Source of the DNA: Pseudomonadota bacterium
GTDB taxonomy: Bacteria > Bdellovibrionota > FAC87 > UBA2466
Assembly (NCBI GenBank): GCA_043767805.1
Contig: JAYUGC010000128.1
Coordinates: 1 to 11,072, forward strand
DNA: 11,072 nucleotides
Reading direction: 5' to 3'
The notes under the pieces were generated by a model, which searched no databases, was not told the origin of the DNA, and worked only from the letters and a program-made list of their open reading frames with translations. Position 1 is the first letter of the stretch; each line of letters opens with the position of its first letter. The position numbers and the translations under genes are program-made. Positions 1 through 7,247 of the stretch are shown piece after piece.

Positions 1-45
1 GTCTAGCTCTGCCCTCGATTCTAGAGGCGAGACACTGCGGCACGT

Positions 46-3000
46 ATGCTTGGAAACGCTTATCTAAGTCGACTCTACTCATCGCTATTGGTTCTTGCCC
101 TCACCTTGGGGTCGGTGGCGCGTGGGGGCACGGCCTTTAGTATCCCTGAGCTTTTCGGGCCCGGTAATACGGTTTTCCGCGCCATCGCCAAAGAGCCCGG
201 CGCCAGCACGCAATTTATCGTAGTAGGAAGAAGCTGGGTCGGCACTCAGTACCAAGCGATTCTCGGCGGGTATCTCGTCGCCAACGGCTCTCAAGATGCG
301 AGCTTCGTCGCGAATGTCTCGTCTGCTGGGAAAATTTTAAAAGACTTCCAGTCAATTGGTTACGACAACCTCTGTGGCGCCATCGTCGAGGACGGCACGA
401 ATTACTACGTCGCCTGCCGCTCGATGAAATCAACGGGCTACTACGATGTGCGCATCACCAAATACAGCAAAGTCGGCACGGTGATCAGCGCCTTCGGTAC
501 GCAAGGGGTTTTGTCGACGGGCATCGGTGGCGACAGCACGCTCGGCCACGCGTTCGTTCGCGGCATGGTTTACAACTCGAGCGCGTCTGAAATCGTCATC
601 GCTGGCGCAAAAGGTTTCTACGCTCCAAATTTTTATCATCCCTACGTCTCCCGCTATGACGCGACCACGGGTGCTGCGAAAACAGACTCGGCGTCGGGCG
701 ACACCGCCGCGAACTCCACATCGATAACGAACGTTTCACCGACGACGAACTTAAGAGTGGGCCGAGTCATTACCGGCACTACCATTCCCTCCAACACCAC
801 TATCGTCGCGGTGTCTGGCGGCACGGTCACTATTTCCAAAGTGGCCACCGGCACTGGCACCGGTGTTGCGCTTACCCTCGCGCATACGATCTTGAGCGGC
901 ATTCAGGCGACCAACACCATCACGGCGGACTTAAACTCCACGACGACGGTCACCAACATGTCCAGTACCGCGAGCATTTCTCCGGGCCAGCTCGTCACCG
1001 GTCGCGGCGTTCCAGAAGATACGACGATCTTAAGTCTCTCCGGTTCGACGATGCTTCTCTCAAAAGCTGCGACCGTCTCCGTCTCTGGAACGAGTCTCGT
1101 CATTTCAAAATCTGTTTTCGGTACGGCTACCGCCATCGCGTACGACAGTACGAATGGCTTCTACTACACGGCGTCGACCGAAAGCCCCACCTTCTCGGCA
1201 ACGACGCTTACGGGTAATACGAACTCGAACACGACTCTGAACGGCCTATCAAGCCTCTCCGGCCTCGCCGTCGGAATGCACATCACCGGCACGAACATTC
1301 CGGCTAATACTTACATTTCCGCCATCTCGGCAAGCGCTCTCACTATCTCCAACGCCGCGACGGCGACCGGCACCGGCATCACGTTCACCGCGATGCCAGC
1401 TCATAACTATTACGTCCACAAGTTCGATACGGCGAACCTCACGGTTTCAGCCGCGCCCTGGGGTAACGCCGTCGATTTTCTTACCGCGGGCGGTGGTACC
1501 GATTCCATTCCGGCCGGCATCGACATCGTCGGCACGCACGTCATCGCCGTCGGCTCCAACCGCATCAACAGCAGCACGCCTCCGTGGAATTGCACCGCCT
1601 CTGCGCATGTTCTCTCCACTGGCTTACTCGACACCACTTTCGGCTCCGTCACCATCACTTCGAACCCGGCCCATGACTTAAAGGGCGTCACTCTATTCTC
1701 ACCCGACGGGCTGACGCCCGTGAAAGATTGTATTTTGAACGGCATCGTAAGGCCCGCCTCCGGCACCGACGTCCTAAACGTTGGAACCGTCTACAACGGC
1801 ACGAACTACGATCCACTCGCCGCCAAGTACGATACGAACGGCGCGCTCGTCTCGGGCTTCGGCACCGGCGGTCTCTCATCGACAAGCAGCATCGGTTCTT
1901 ACGACGAAGTGTTGAACGCCTATTCTTACTTGGGTGGCACCACCCACCTTTACGCCGCCGGCCGCGGCGGTAACGGCACCTTCACCGCCGGGCTCAATGC
2001 AAAAATCGACGCGACGACGGGAGGCTTCATCGTCTCCCCCCAAGTTACGGCCATTACTCCTCAGATGGGCGGCACTGCCGGCGGAACTCCAGTTACCATT
2101 ACGGGTTCCGGATTCACAAGTAGTACGACCTCGGTCACTATCGGGGGCACTAGTTGCGGTTCCTTCGTCTTCACCAGCGCCACTCAAGTCAGGTGCACCA
2201 CAGGCGTACACTCAGCCGCCACGGTCGACGTGGTCGTTACCGTTGGCTCGGAAACTGCGACTCTCACCAATGGTTTTCTCTACTTAGTTACCCCCGACCT
2301 GACCTCCATAACACCCAATGTCGGCACTACCGATGGGGGAACGGTGGTATTCCTCGCGGGAACTGGATTTGTCTTAGGGGTGGCAGTCACGATTGGCGGA
2401 TCGTCTTGCACCAATTTAATTTTCACCGACAGCACTCAGATCGCTTGTGACACACCCGCTCATGCGGCGGGTGCGGTCAATGTTGTCGTCATTAACCCGG
2501 ATGGCCAGACTGGCACCCTAACCAATGGCTTCACCTATGCGGCTCCTCCCACCGTCACCAGTGTCTCAGCCAACTTCGGACCCATTGCCGGCGGGGGAAC
2601 GGTTACTGTCAATGGCACCGGCTTCATCACTGGAGCGACCATAGACTTTGGCGGAGTCGACTGTGGATCGGTCAGCTTTATCAGCTCGACTATTTTGACC
2701 TGCACCCTCCCAGCCCATAACGCAGGGCCTATCGCCGTCACAGTCACCAATACCAACGGCGGAATCGGCTCCAAAGCAAGTGCCTTCACCTATTGGGCGG
2801 CCCCGACAGTAACCACCATAACCCCTGCCGCAGGGCCTACGGCGGGTGGGACCGTCGTTGTCATTCGAGGCACAAACTTTCAATCAGCCGCTACGGTTAC
2901 GGTGGGCGGGGTAAACTGCGGCACGTTGACCATAAATTCGACGACCAAGATCACTTGCACTACCGGAGCCCATTCAGCCGCGGCCGTCAACGTCGTGGTA

Positions 3001-5106
3001 ACCTCCGTCAGTCAATCCGGGACCTTGACTAGCGGTTACACCTACCAGGCAGCGCCTGCGGTCACCTCTGATGTAAGCCCCTCCAGTGGCCCAGTATTGG
3101 GCGGAACCGCTGTCACGATTACGGGTACCGGTTTTCTCTCAGGTGCTACAGCGGACTTTGGGGGATCTGCTTGCGGATCATTGACCGTCCAGAGCGCAAC
3201 CGAGATTCGATGCACGACGAACTCCCACGCCAACGGCGCGGTCATCGTAGGAGTAATTAACCCCGATACCCAGTCTGGAACGCGAAGTAATGCCTATACC
3301 TACAGTACTGCCGCTCCCACCGTCTCTGCCATCACACCCTCCGGAGGAAGCACTTCAGGAGGCACCGCCGTCACCATTACGGGCACTGGCTTTCAATCCA
3401 ACACAACAGCCGCAATAGGCGGGGTAAACTGCGGGTCACTCACGCTGGTGAATTCCACATCTATTACATGTACCACCGGCGCTCGGGCGGCCGCGACTGT
3501 CGATGTAGTCGCTACGACGCCTTCGGTGGGGTCCGGAACGCTCACCAATGGGTTTACCTACCAGGCTGCTCCATCGGTTACTTCCGTTTCTCCCAATGGA
3601 GGCCCAGCTGCGGGAGCAACGCCGGTAACCATTACGGGATCGAATTTTACAGGGGCAAGCGGCGTGACTTTTGGTGGTACCGCTTGCACCTCTTTCACCG
3701 CGGTTTCAGACACCTCCATTACATGTACCGCCGCCGCTCATTCTGCGGGCGCCGTGGACGTAGTGGTTACCGCGACTGGCACCGGAACCCTCAATAGCGG
3801 TTTTACTTACCGGAACGCTCCGACTGTATCCTCCGTTTCTCCTTCCGTAGGAATCTTACCTGGAGGGACAGCGGTAACCATCACGGGAACTGGATTCGTA
3901 TCGGGAGCCACCGCAACTTTTGCAGGTCTTTCTTGTACCGGACTTACCTTCGTCTCAGCAACGAGCTTGACTTGCACTACTCCCGCCCAAGACACGGCCG
4001 GCTCGGTGGGGGTCAAAGTCACTAACCCTGATACTCAGTTTGGAACTAAGAATGCTTACGTCTATATCGGATCGGGCGAATGGCTTAGCACTGCCACCAG
4101 TAGCAGCGCAGCGAGAACCGGCCATACTGCCATCTGGACGGGATCACGAATGATAATTTGGGGAGGATTTTATGTTAATACCGGAGGAATTTACAACCCC
4201 ACGACCGACTCATGGACGGCGACGTCCACCACCGAGGCTCCATCCGAACGTAACTTTCATTCGGCCGTTTGGGATGGAACTCGAATGATCGTTTGGGGCG
4301 GAAAGAACGGCTTGATGCAAGGTCTCAATTCCGGCGGGGAATACACCTTTGCCACAGACTCCTGGGGACCGACCGGACAGGGGGCCAATGTGCCGGCGGT
4401 TCGACAGGGCCACACCGCAGTCTGGACTGGCACCACAATGCTAGTTTGGGGAGGAATGTTGGGCGTCCCCGGCACTAACCAATGGCCTGGACATACGAAT
4501 ACTGGGGGAGCCTATAATCCAGTAACCAAGCAGTGGACCGCAACCACCACCTCCGGTGCGCCATCAGTCGCTGGGCACACCGCTGTCTGGAATGGGTCAG
4601 AAATGATCGCCTGGGGTGGGAACTCGAATGCGGGGGGGAAGTATAACCCTGCTTCAGACACCTGGACCGCAGTGACAACATCAGGAGCGCCTACGGCCCG
4701 CACTTTCCACACGGCCGTAATGATTTTCGGAAAAATGGTGGTGTGGGGAGGTTATGTAGGCCACGCCCCGTCGGGGGGTTACGTCAACTCTGGCGGAGTC
4801 TACGATCCCTCCGCAAATTCATGGACAAGTACTTCGATGACAAATGCTCCTGTCGCGAGAGGTTTCCACACGGCCGTGGTCAATAGCTCCAAAAAAATGC
4901 TGGTTTTTGGGGGGAATTCCTCGCAGGCATACCTTGGAGATGGTGGAATTTACGATCCTAGCGGATCGGGAACATGGACTAACATGACGACAGTAAACGC
5001 CCCGACAGCCCGCGGTTCGCATACTGCGGTCTACGGAGCAAAATTCATGATAATTTGGGGCGGCAACACCGCAGATACGCACGGCGGCCGTTACTACAGC
5101 CCGTGA
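46..5106 (+). CDS. Large secreted surface protein / putative adhesin (delta-60-like beta-propeller + 8x IPT/TIG + Kelch-repeat propeller), 1686 aa
   Basis: Long uninterrupted ORF. The N-terminus resembles a Sec signal peptide (SRLYSSLLVLALTLGSVARG). Delta-60-like motifs: NGSQDASF, GTVISAFGTQG, GLLDTTFG, NGALVSGFGTGG. Eight P-x-V-T-S-(I/V)-(S/T)-P..G...GGT.VTITG.GF repeats and seven R..HTAVW.G..M.(V/I)WGG...G..Y.P...W repeats follow. No clear SD precedes ATG 46, so the start is less certain than the frame. Confidence 0.93.
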   Translation: MLGNAYLSRLYSSLLVLALTLGSVARGGTAFSIPELFGPGNTVFRAIAKEPGASTQFIVVGRSWVGTQYQAILGGYLVANGSQDASFVANVSSAGKILKDFQSIGYDNLCGAIVEDGTNYYVACRSMKSTGYYDVRITKYSKVGTVISAFGTQGVLSTGIGGDSTLGHAFVRGMVYNSSASEIVIAGAKGFYAPNFYHPYVSRYDATTGAAKTDSASGDTAANSTSITNVSPTTNLRVGRVITGTTIPSNTTIVAVSGGTVTISKVATGTGTGVALTLAHTILSGIQATNTITADLNSTTTVTNMSSTASISPGQLVTGRGVPEDTTILSLSGSTMLLSKAATVSVSGTSLVISKSVFGTATAIAYDSTNGFYYTASTESPTFSATTLTGNTNSNTTLNGLSSLSGLAVGMHITGTNIPANTYISAISASALTISNAATATGTGITFTAMPAHNYYVHKFDTANLTVSAAPWGNAVDFLTAGGGTDSIPAGIDIVGTHVIAVGSNRINSSTPPWNCTASAHVLSTGLLDTTFGSVTITSNPAHDLKGVTLFSPDGLTPVKDCILNGIVRPASGTDVLNVGTVYNGTNYDPLAAKYDTNGALVSGFGTGGLSSTSSIGSYDEVLNAYSYLGGTTHLYAAGRGGNGTFTAGLNAKIDATTGGFIVSPQVTAITPQMGGTAGGTPVTITGSGFTSSTTSVTIGGTSCGSFVFTSATQVRCTTGVHSAATVDVVVTVGSETATLTNGFLYLVTPDLTSITPNVGTTDGGTVVFLAGTGFVLGVAVTIGGSSCTNLIFTDSTQIACDTPAHAAGAVNVVVINPDGQTGTLTNGFTYAAPPTVTSVSANFGPIAGGGTVTVNGTGFITGATIDFGGVDCGSVSFISSTILTCTLPAHNAGPIAVTVTNTNGGIGSKASAFTYWAAPTVTTITPAAGPTAGGTVVVIRGTNFQSAATVTVGGVNCGTLTINSTTKITCTTGAHSAAAVNVVVTSVSQSGTLTSGYTYQAAPAVTSDVSPSSGPVLGGTAVTITGTGFLSGATADFGGSACGSLTVQSATEIRCTTNSHANGAVIVGVINPDTQSGTRSNAYTYSTAAPTVSAITPSGGSTSGGTAVTITGTGFQSNTTAAIGGVNCGSLTLVNSTSITCTTGARAAATVDVVATTPSVGSGTLTNGFTYQAAPSVTSVSPNGGPAAGATPVTITGSNFTGASGVTFGGTACTSFTAVSDTSITCTAAAHSAGAVDVVVTATGTGTLNSGFTYRNAPTVSSVSPSVGILPGGTAVTITGTGFVSGATATFAGLSCTGLTFVSATSLTCTTPAQDTAGSVGVKVTNPDTQFGTKNAYVYIGSGEWLSTATSSSAARTGHTAIWTGSRMIIWGGFYVNTGGIYNPTTDSWTATSTTEAPSERNFHSAVWDGTRMIVWGGKNGLMQGLNSGGEYTFATDSWGPTGQGANVPAVRQGHTAVWTGTTMLVWGGMLGVPGTNQWPGHTNTGGAYNPVTKQWTATTTSGAPSVAGHTAVWNGSEMIAWGGNSNAGGKYNPASDTWTAVTTSGAPTARTFHTAVMIFGKMVVWGGYVGHAPSGGYVNSGGVYDPSANSWTSTSMTNAPVARGFHTAVVNSSKKMLVFGGNSSQAYLGDGGIYDPSGSGTWTNMTTVNAPTARGSHTAVYGAKFMIIWGGNTADTHGGRYYSP
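697..1392 (+). repeat. Three ~62-aa Thr/Ser-rich domain repeats inserted in the N-terminal propeller region (approx. 697-882, 919-1107, 1207-1392)
   Basis: GDTAANSTSITNVSPTTNLRVGRVITGTTIPSNTTIVAVSGGTVTISKVATGTG; ADLNSTTTVTNMSSTASISPGQLVTGRGVPEDTTILSLSGSTMLLSKAATVS; GNTNSNTTLNGLSSLSGLAVGMHITGTNIPANTYISAISASALTISNAATATG. Shared pattern: G..(I/V)TG..(I/V)P..T.I...S...(V/L/M).(I/L)S..AT. Confidence 0.85.
2035..4068 (+). repeat. Tandem array of 8 IPT/TIG (Ig-like) domains, ~84 aa each
   Basis: Eight units start PQVTAITP, PDLTSITP, PTVTSVSA, PTVTTITP, PAVTSDVSP, PTVSAITP, PSVTSVSP and PTVSSVSP. Each ends in (F/Y)-x-Y and contains C-x12-C. Confidence 0.92.
4078..5103 (+). repeat. Seven Kelch repeats (C-terminal beta-propeller)
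   Basis: Seven H-(T/S)-A-(V/I) ... (W/F)GG ... Y ... W units: MIIWGG, MIVWGG, MLVWGG, MIAWGG, MVVWGG, MLVFGG, MIIWGG. Confidence 0.92.
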
Positions 5107-5141
5107 GACTCTTAAAAGAGGACCACCGCGCGAAACGCCGT

Positions 5142-5263
5142 ACATTGGTGAACGCGGGCTGGCGTACGCACGCGAGCGAGGTTTACGGAGCCGGCTACTT
5201 GACTGTTTGGGGCGGAGCTCAACCAGGCGCTTGACGAATACCGGCTCCCGCTTCGTACCCTAA
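5142..5263 (+). pseudogene. Degenerate, frameshifted relic of an alternative terminal Kelch blade plus stop codon
   Basis: 5142-5231 translates TLVNAGWRTHASEVYGAGYLTVWGGAQPGA, matching the last blade of the upstream gene (TTVNAPTARGSHTAVYGAKFMIIWGG). After a frameshift, 5231-5263 reads LTNTGSRFVP*, matching the Kelch blade end (NTGGxYxP; upstream gene ends THGGRYYSP*). Confidence 0.75.
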
Positions 5264-5332
5264 CCCCTAAACGTATTTCGAGCGACGGTGCCCCTTTCCC
5301 CCGGGAACGGCGCAGTGTAACCTACCGCCCTG

Positions 5333-6190
5333 ATGTCGTCCGGACCCTACCTAAAAGACACGCTCCAAAGACGACTCGTCTTTTTCACGGGAAAAGGCGG
5401 CGTGGGCAAAAGCTCTCTTGCTTGGGCAACGGCCGTGGCTGCCAGACATCACGGTCTCAAGGTCGCGGTTTGCGGCTGGAACCCGTACGGAGAATCAGCG
5501 CCACCGGTTCCCATCCAGGATCCCCAAATCAAATGGGTGCCTCTCACGACGATGGGCTGCTTCAAGGAGTACGCACTTCACATCGTGAAGTTCGAGGCGA
5601 TCTTTCAAGCGGTTTTCGACAACCCCATCCTAAAAACGTTTCTGCTCGCGGCACCCGGTCTTTCCGAGACGGTGATCGCCGGGAAGATTTGGGATCTTTG
5701 GGATCGTGGCGACGTCGATCTCATCCTCGTCGACCTGCCCGCTAGCGGGCATGCCGCGAGCTTTTTCAAATCGCCGCTCGGCGTGCAAAAAGTTTTCTCC
5801 TTCGGTACCGTTTTCAAGAACACGCAGAAAATCTGCGCGATGTTTCAGGCGAGTAACGTGCGCCTCGATTTGGTCACCCTTCCCGAGGAGCTTCCCGTCA
5901 CGGAAGCGATGGAGCTCAAAGCGACGCTCACCGGGCTTCACCGTTTTAACTGGGGCTTTTTGCATTTGAATCGCTGCACGCCCGAGATGCATTTGCCCGA
6001 GACCCGAAATGGACTAACCCCTGAAGTGGAAGCTTGTCTCGCCTTTCACGAAGCGCGCCTCTCGGAAGAAACAGAAGCTTTGTCGAAAGTGCCTCGCTTC
6101 GAGCTGCCGACGACGCACTTGAAACGGCTCGCCAGTGAAGAACGAGCCGAGACCGTCTTTCGTCTCGCCGAAGCGTTGGAGGGGGCTTGA
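5333..6190 (+). CDS. ArsA/Get3-family (anion-transporting ATPase-like) ATPase, subunit 1, 285 aa
   Basis: Deviant Walker A TGKGGVGKS. APGLSETVIAGKIW helix typical of the bacterial ArsA-like paired ATPases. Switch II DLILVDLPASGHA and VTLPEELPVTEA motif. Confidence 0.9.
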   Translation: MSSGPYLKDTLQRRLVFFTGKGGVGKSSLAWATAVAARHHGLKVAVCGWNPYGESAPPVPIQDPQIKWVPLTTMGCFKEYALHIVKFEAIFQAVFDNPILKTFLLAAPGLSETVIAGKIWDLWDRGDVDLILVDLPASGHAASFFKSPLGVQKVFSFGTVFKNTQKICAMFQASNVRLDLVTLPEELPVTEAMELKATLTGLHRFNWGFLHLNRCTPEMHLPETRNGLTPEVEACLAFHEARLSEETEALSKVPRFELPTTHLKRLASEERAETVFRLAEALEGA

Positions 6191-7242
6191 AGCCATCTCC
6201 CTGGACGGACCGACGCATTCTTCTTTTGGGCGGACCGGGCGGCGTCGGCAAGACGACGCTCGCCGCCGCTCTCGGCGTTCACTTCGCCAAACAAGGAAAG
6301 AAGACCGTGGTCCTCACGGTGGACCCCGCGCGCCGTCTCGCCCAAGCGTTAGGCTTTGCCGGTTTTGATTCCGATTTGCAAAAGGTCGACATTCCCGGAT
6401 CCCCCAAGGCCGAGCTCTACGCGACCATGCTCGATACGCAACGGTACTTGGACAAAGTCATGTCCCGTTTCGCGAAGAGCCCGGAGCAAAGGGATCGCAT
6501 CTTGAATAACCCTTTGTACCGCACCACCACCGAGACCATGGGCGGCACTGAGGAGTACGCGGCTATGGAGCGGCTTCTCGAGTTCGCGCAAGATCCGCAG
6601 TGGGACAAGATCCTCGTCGACACTCCGCCTACTTCGAATGCCGTCGATCTCTTGAGCGCCCCTCAAAGGCTCGCCAACTTCATGGACTCCTCCGTGCTGA
6701 GATGGTTCCAAGGCAATCAGCCGGGGTATCTCAACCTATTTCGGCGCGGCACGAAGCTCGCCATGAAATTTTTGGAAAAGCTCTTCGGCTCCGAGTTCAT
6801 GGAAACGTTCTCCAAGTTCATGGACGATCTCGGCGGGATGCAATCCGGCTTTCACGATCGTAATTTGGAAGTCATCCGCCTTTTGCAGAGTGCCGAAACG
6901 GCGTTCCTGCTCGTGACCTACCCGAGTGAGACGCGGTTCCAGGAATGCGAAGCGTTCCTCGAGTCCTTAAAAGAGCGGCGCATTCCGCTCGCGGCTCTCA
7001 TCTTGAATCGGGTCGAGCCGGACTCTCCGGCTAGCTCCGAGGGGCCCGAGGATGAAGAGTCGCGTTACCGGCTCAATCAGATTTTGAAGTTCTACCATTC
7101 CTTGCGCTCCGCGCAGCAGGTTTGGATCGAGCGTTTTCAGGGCCTCCTTCCCGGTCTTCCGACCTACCGCGTTCCCCGGCGCACTGGGACGCTGCACGAC
7201 CTCCCCGCACTAGCGCGCCTGGCCGAGTTGCTTGTACAATAG
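6187..7242 (+). CDS. ArsA/Get3-family ATPase, subunit 2, 351 aa
   Basis: GGPGGVGKTT P-loop, switch I TVDPARRLA, GTEEYAAMERL, switch II ILVDTPPT, LILNR. The TTG start overlaps the upstream TGA (TTGA at 6187-6190) with GGAGG at 6178-6182. Confidence 0.92.
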   Translation: MKPSPWTDRRILLLGGPGGVGKTTLAAALGVHFAKQGKKTVVLTVDPARRLAQALGFAGFDSDLQKVDIPGSPKAELYATMLDTQRYLDKVMSRFAKSPEQRDRILNNPLYRTTTETMGGTEEYAAMERLLEFAQDPQWDKILVDTPPTSNAVDLLSAPQRLANFMDSSVLRWFQGNQPGYLNLFRRGTKLAMKFLEKLFGSEFMETFSKFMDDLGGMQSGFHDRNLEVIRLLQSAETAFLLVTYPSETRFQECEAFLESLKERRIPLAALILNRVEPDSPASSEGPEDEESRYRLNQILKFYHSLRSAQQVWIERFQGLLPGLPTYRVPRRTGTLHDLPALARLAELLVQ

Positions 7243-7247
7243 AGGGC

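Noticed and set aside
5109..5120. CTCTT-AA-AAGAG hairpin as terminator of the giant gene
   Set aside because: A short, weak stem with a tiny loop and no U-tract.
85..5145. Many short antisense/alternate-frame ORFs within the giant gene (and likewise 9012-11060 within addB)
   Set aside because: Shadow ORFs of repetitive, GC-biased coding sequence, with no motifs or RBS support.
5231..5261. Sigma70-like promoter TTGACG-N19-TACCCT
   Set aside because: The spacer is too long and the -10 is weak. The bases also belong to the coding relic, so it is not supportable without TSS data.
4981..5263. Relic and last Kelch blade as a diversity-generating retroelement TR/VR pair
   Set aside because: Differences are numerous, include indels and are not confined to adenines. 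No reverse transcriptase gene is in the window.
5258..5270. CCCTAA-C-CCCTAA telomere-like doublet
   Set aside because: Only two copies, and the first is the Pro-stop of the relic. Consistent with chance or a micro-duplication.
5107..5332. Known ncRNA (6S, SRP, tRNA, riboswitch) in the intergenic region
   Set aside because: No recognisable conserved motifs (no SRP domain IV loop, no cloverleaf or TTCGA arm). The Kelch-relic reading explains the sequence better.
5333..7242. Arsenic-resistance (ars) operon
   Set aside because: No arsB/acr3, arsC, arsR or arsD is adjacent. The proteins are single-domain, paired ArsA-like ATPases rather than the fused two-domain ArsA pump subunit.
7122..7247. 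N-terminal extension of the HAMP ORF given in the ORF track
   Set aside because: It overlaps the ATPase 2 coding region by ~120 bp and has Pro/Arg-rich off-frame composition. ATG 7248 is the better start.
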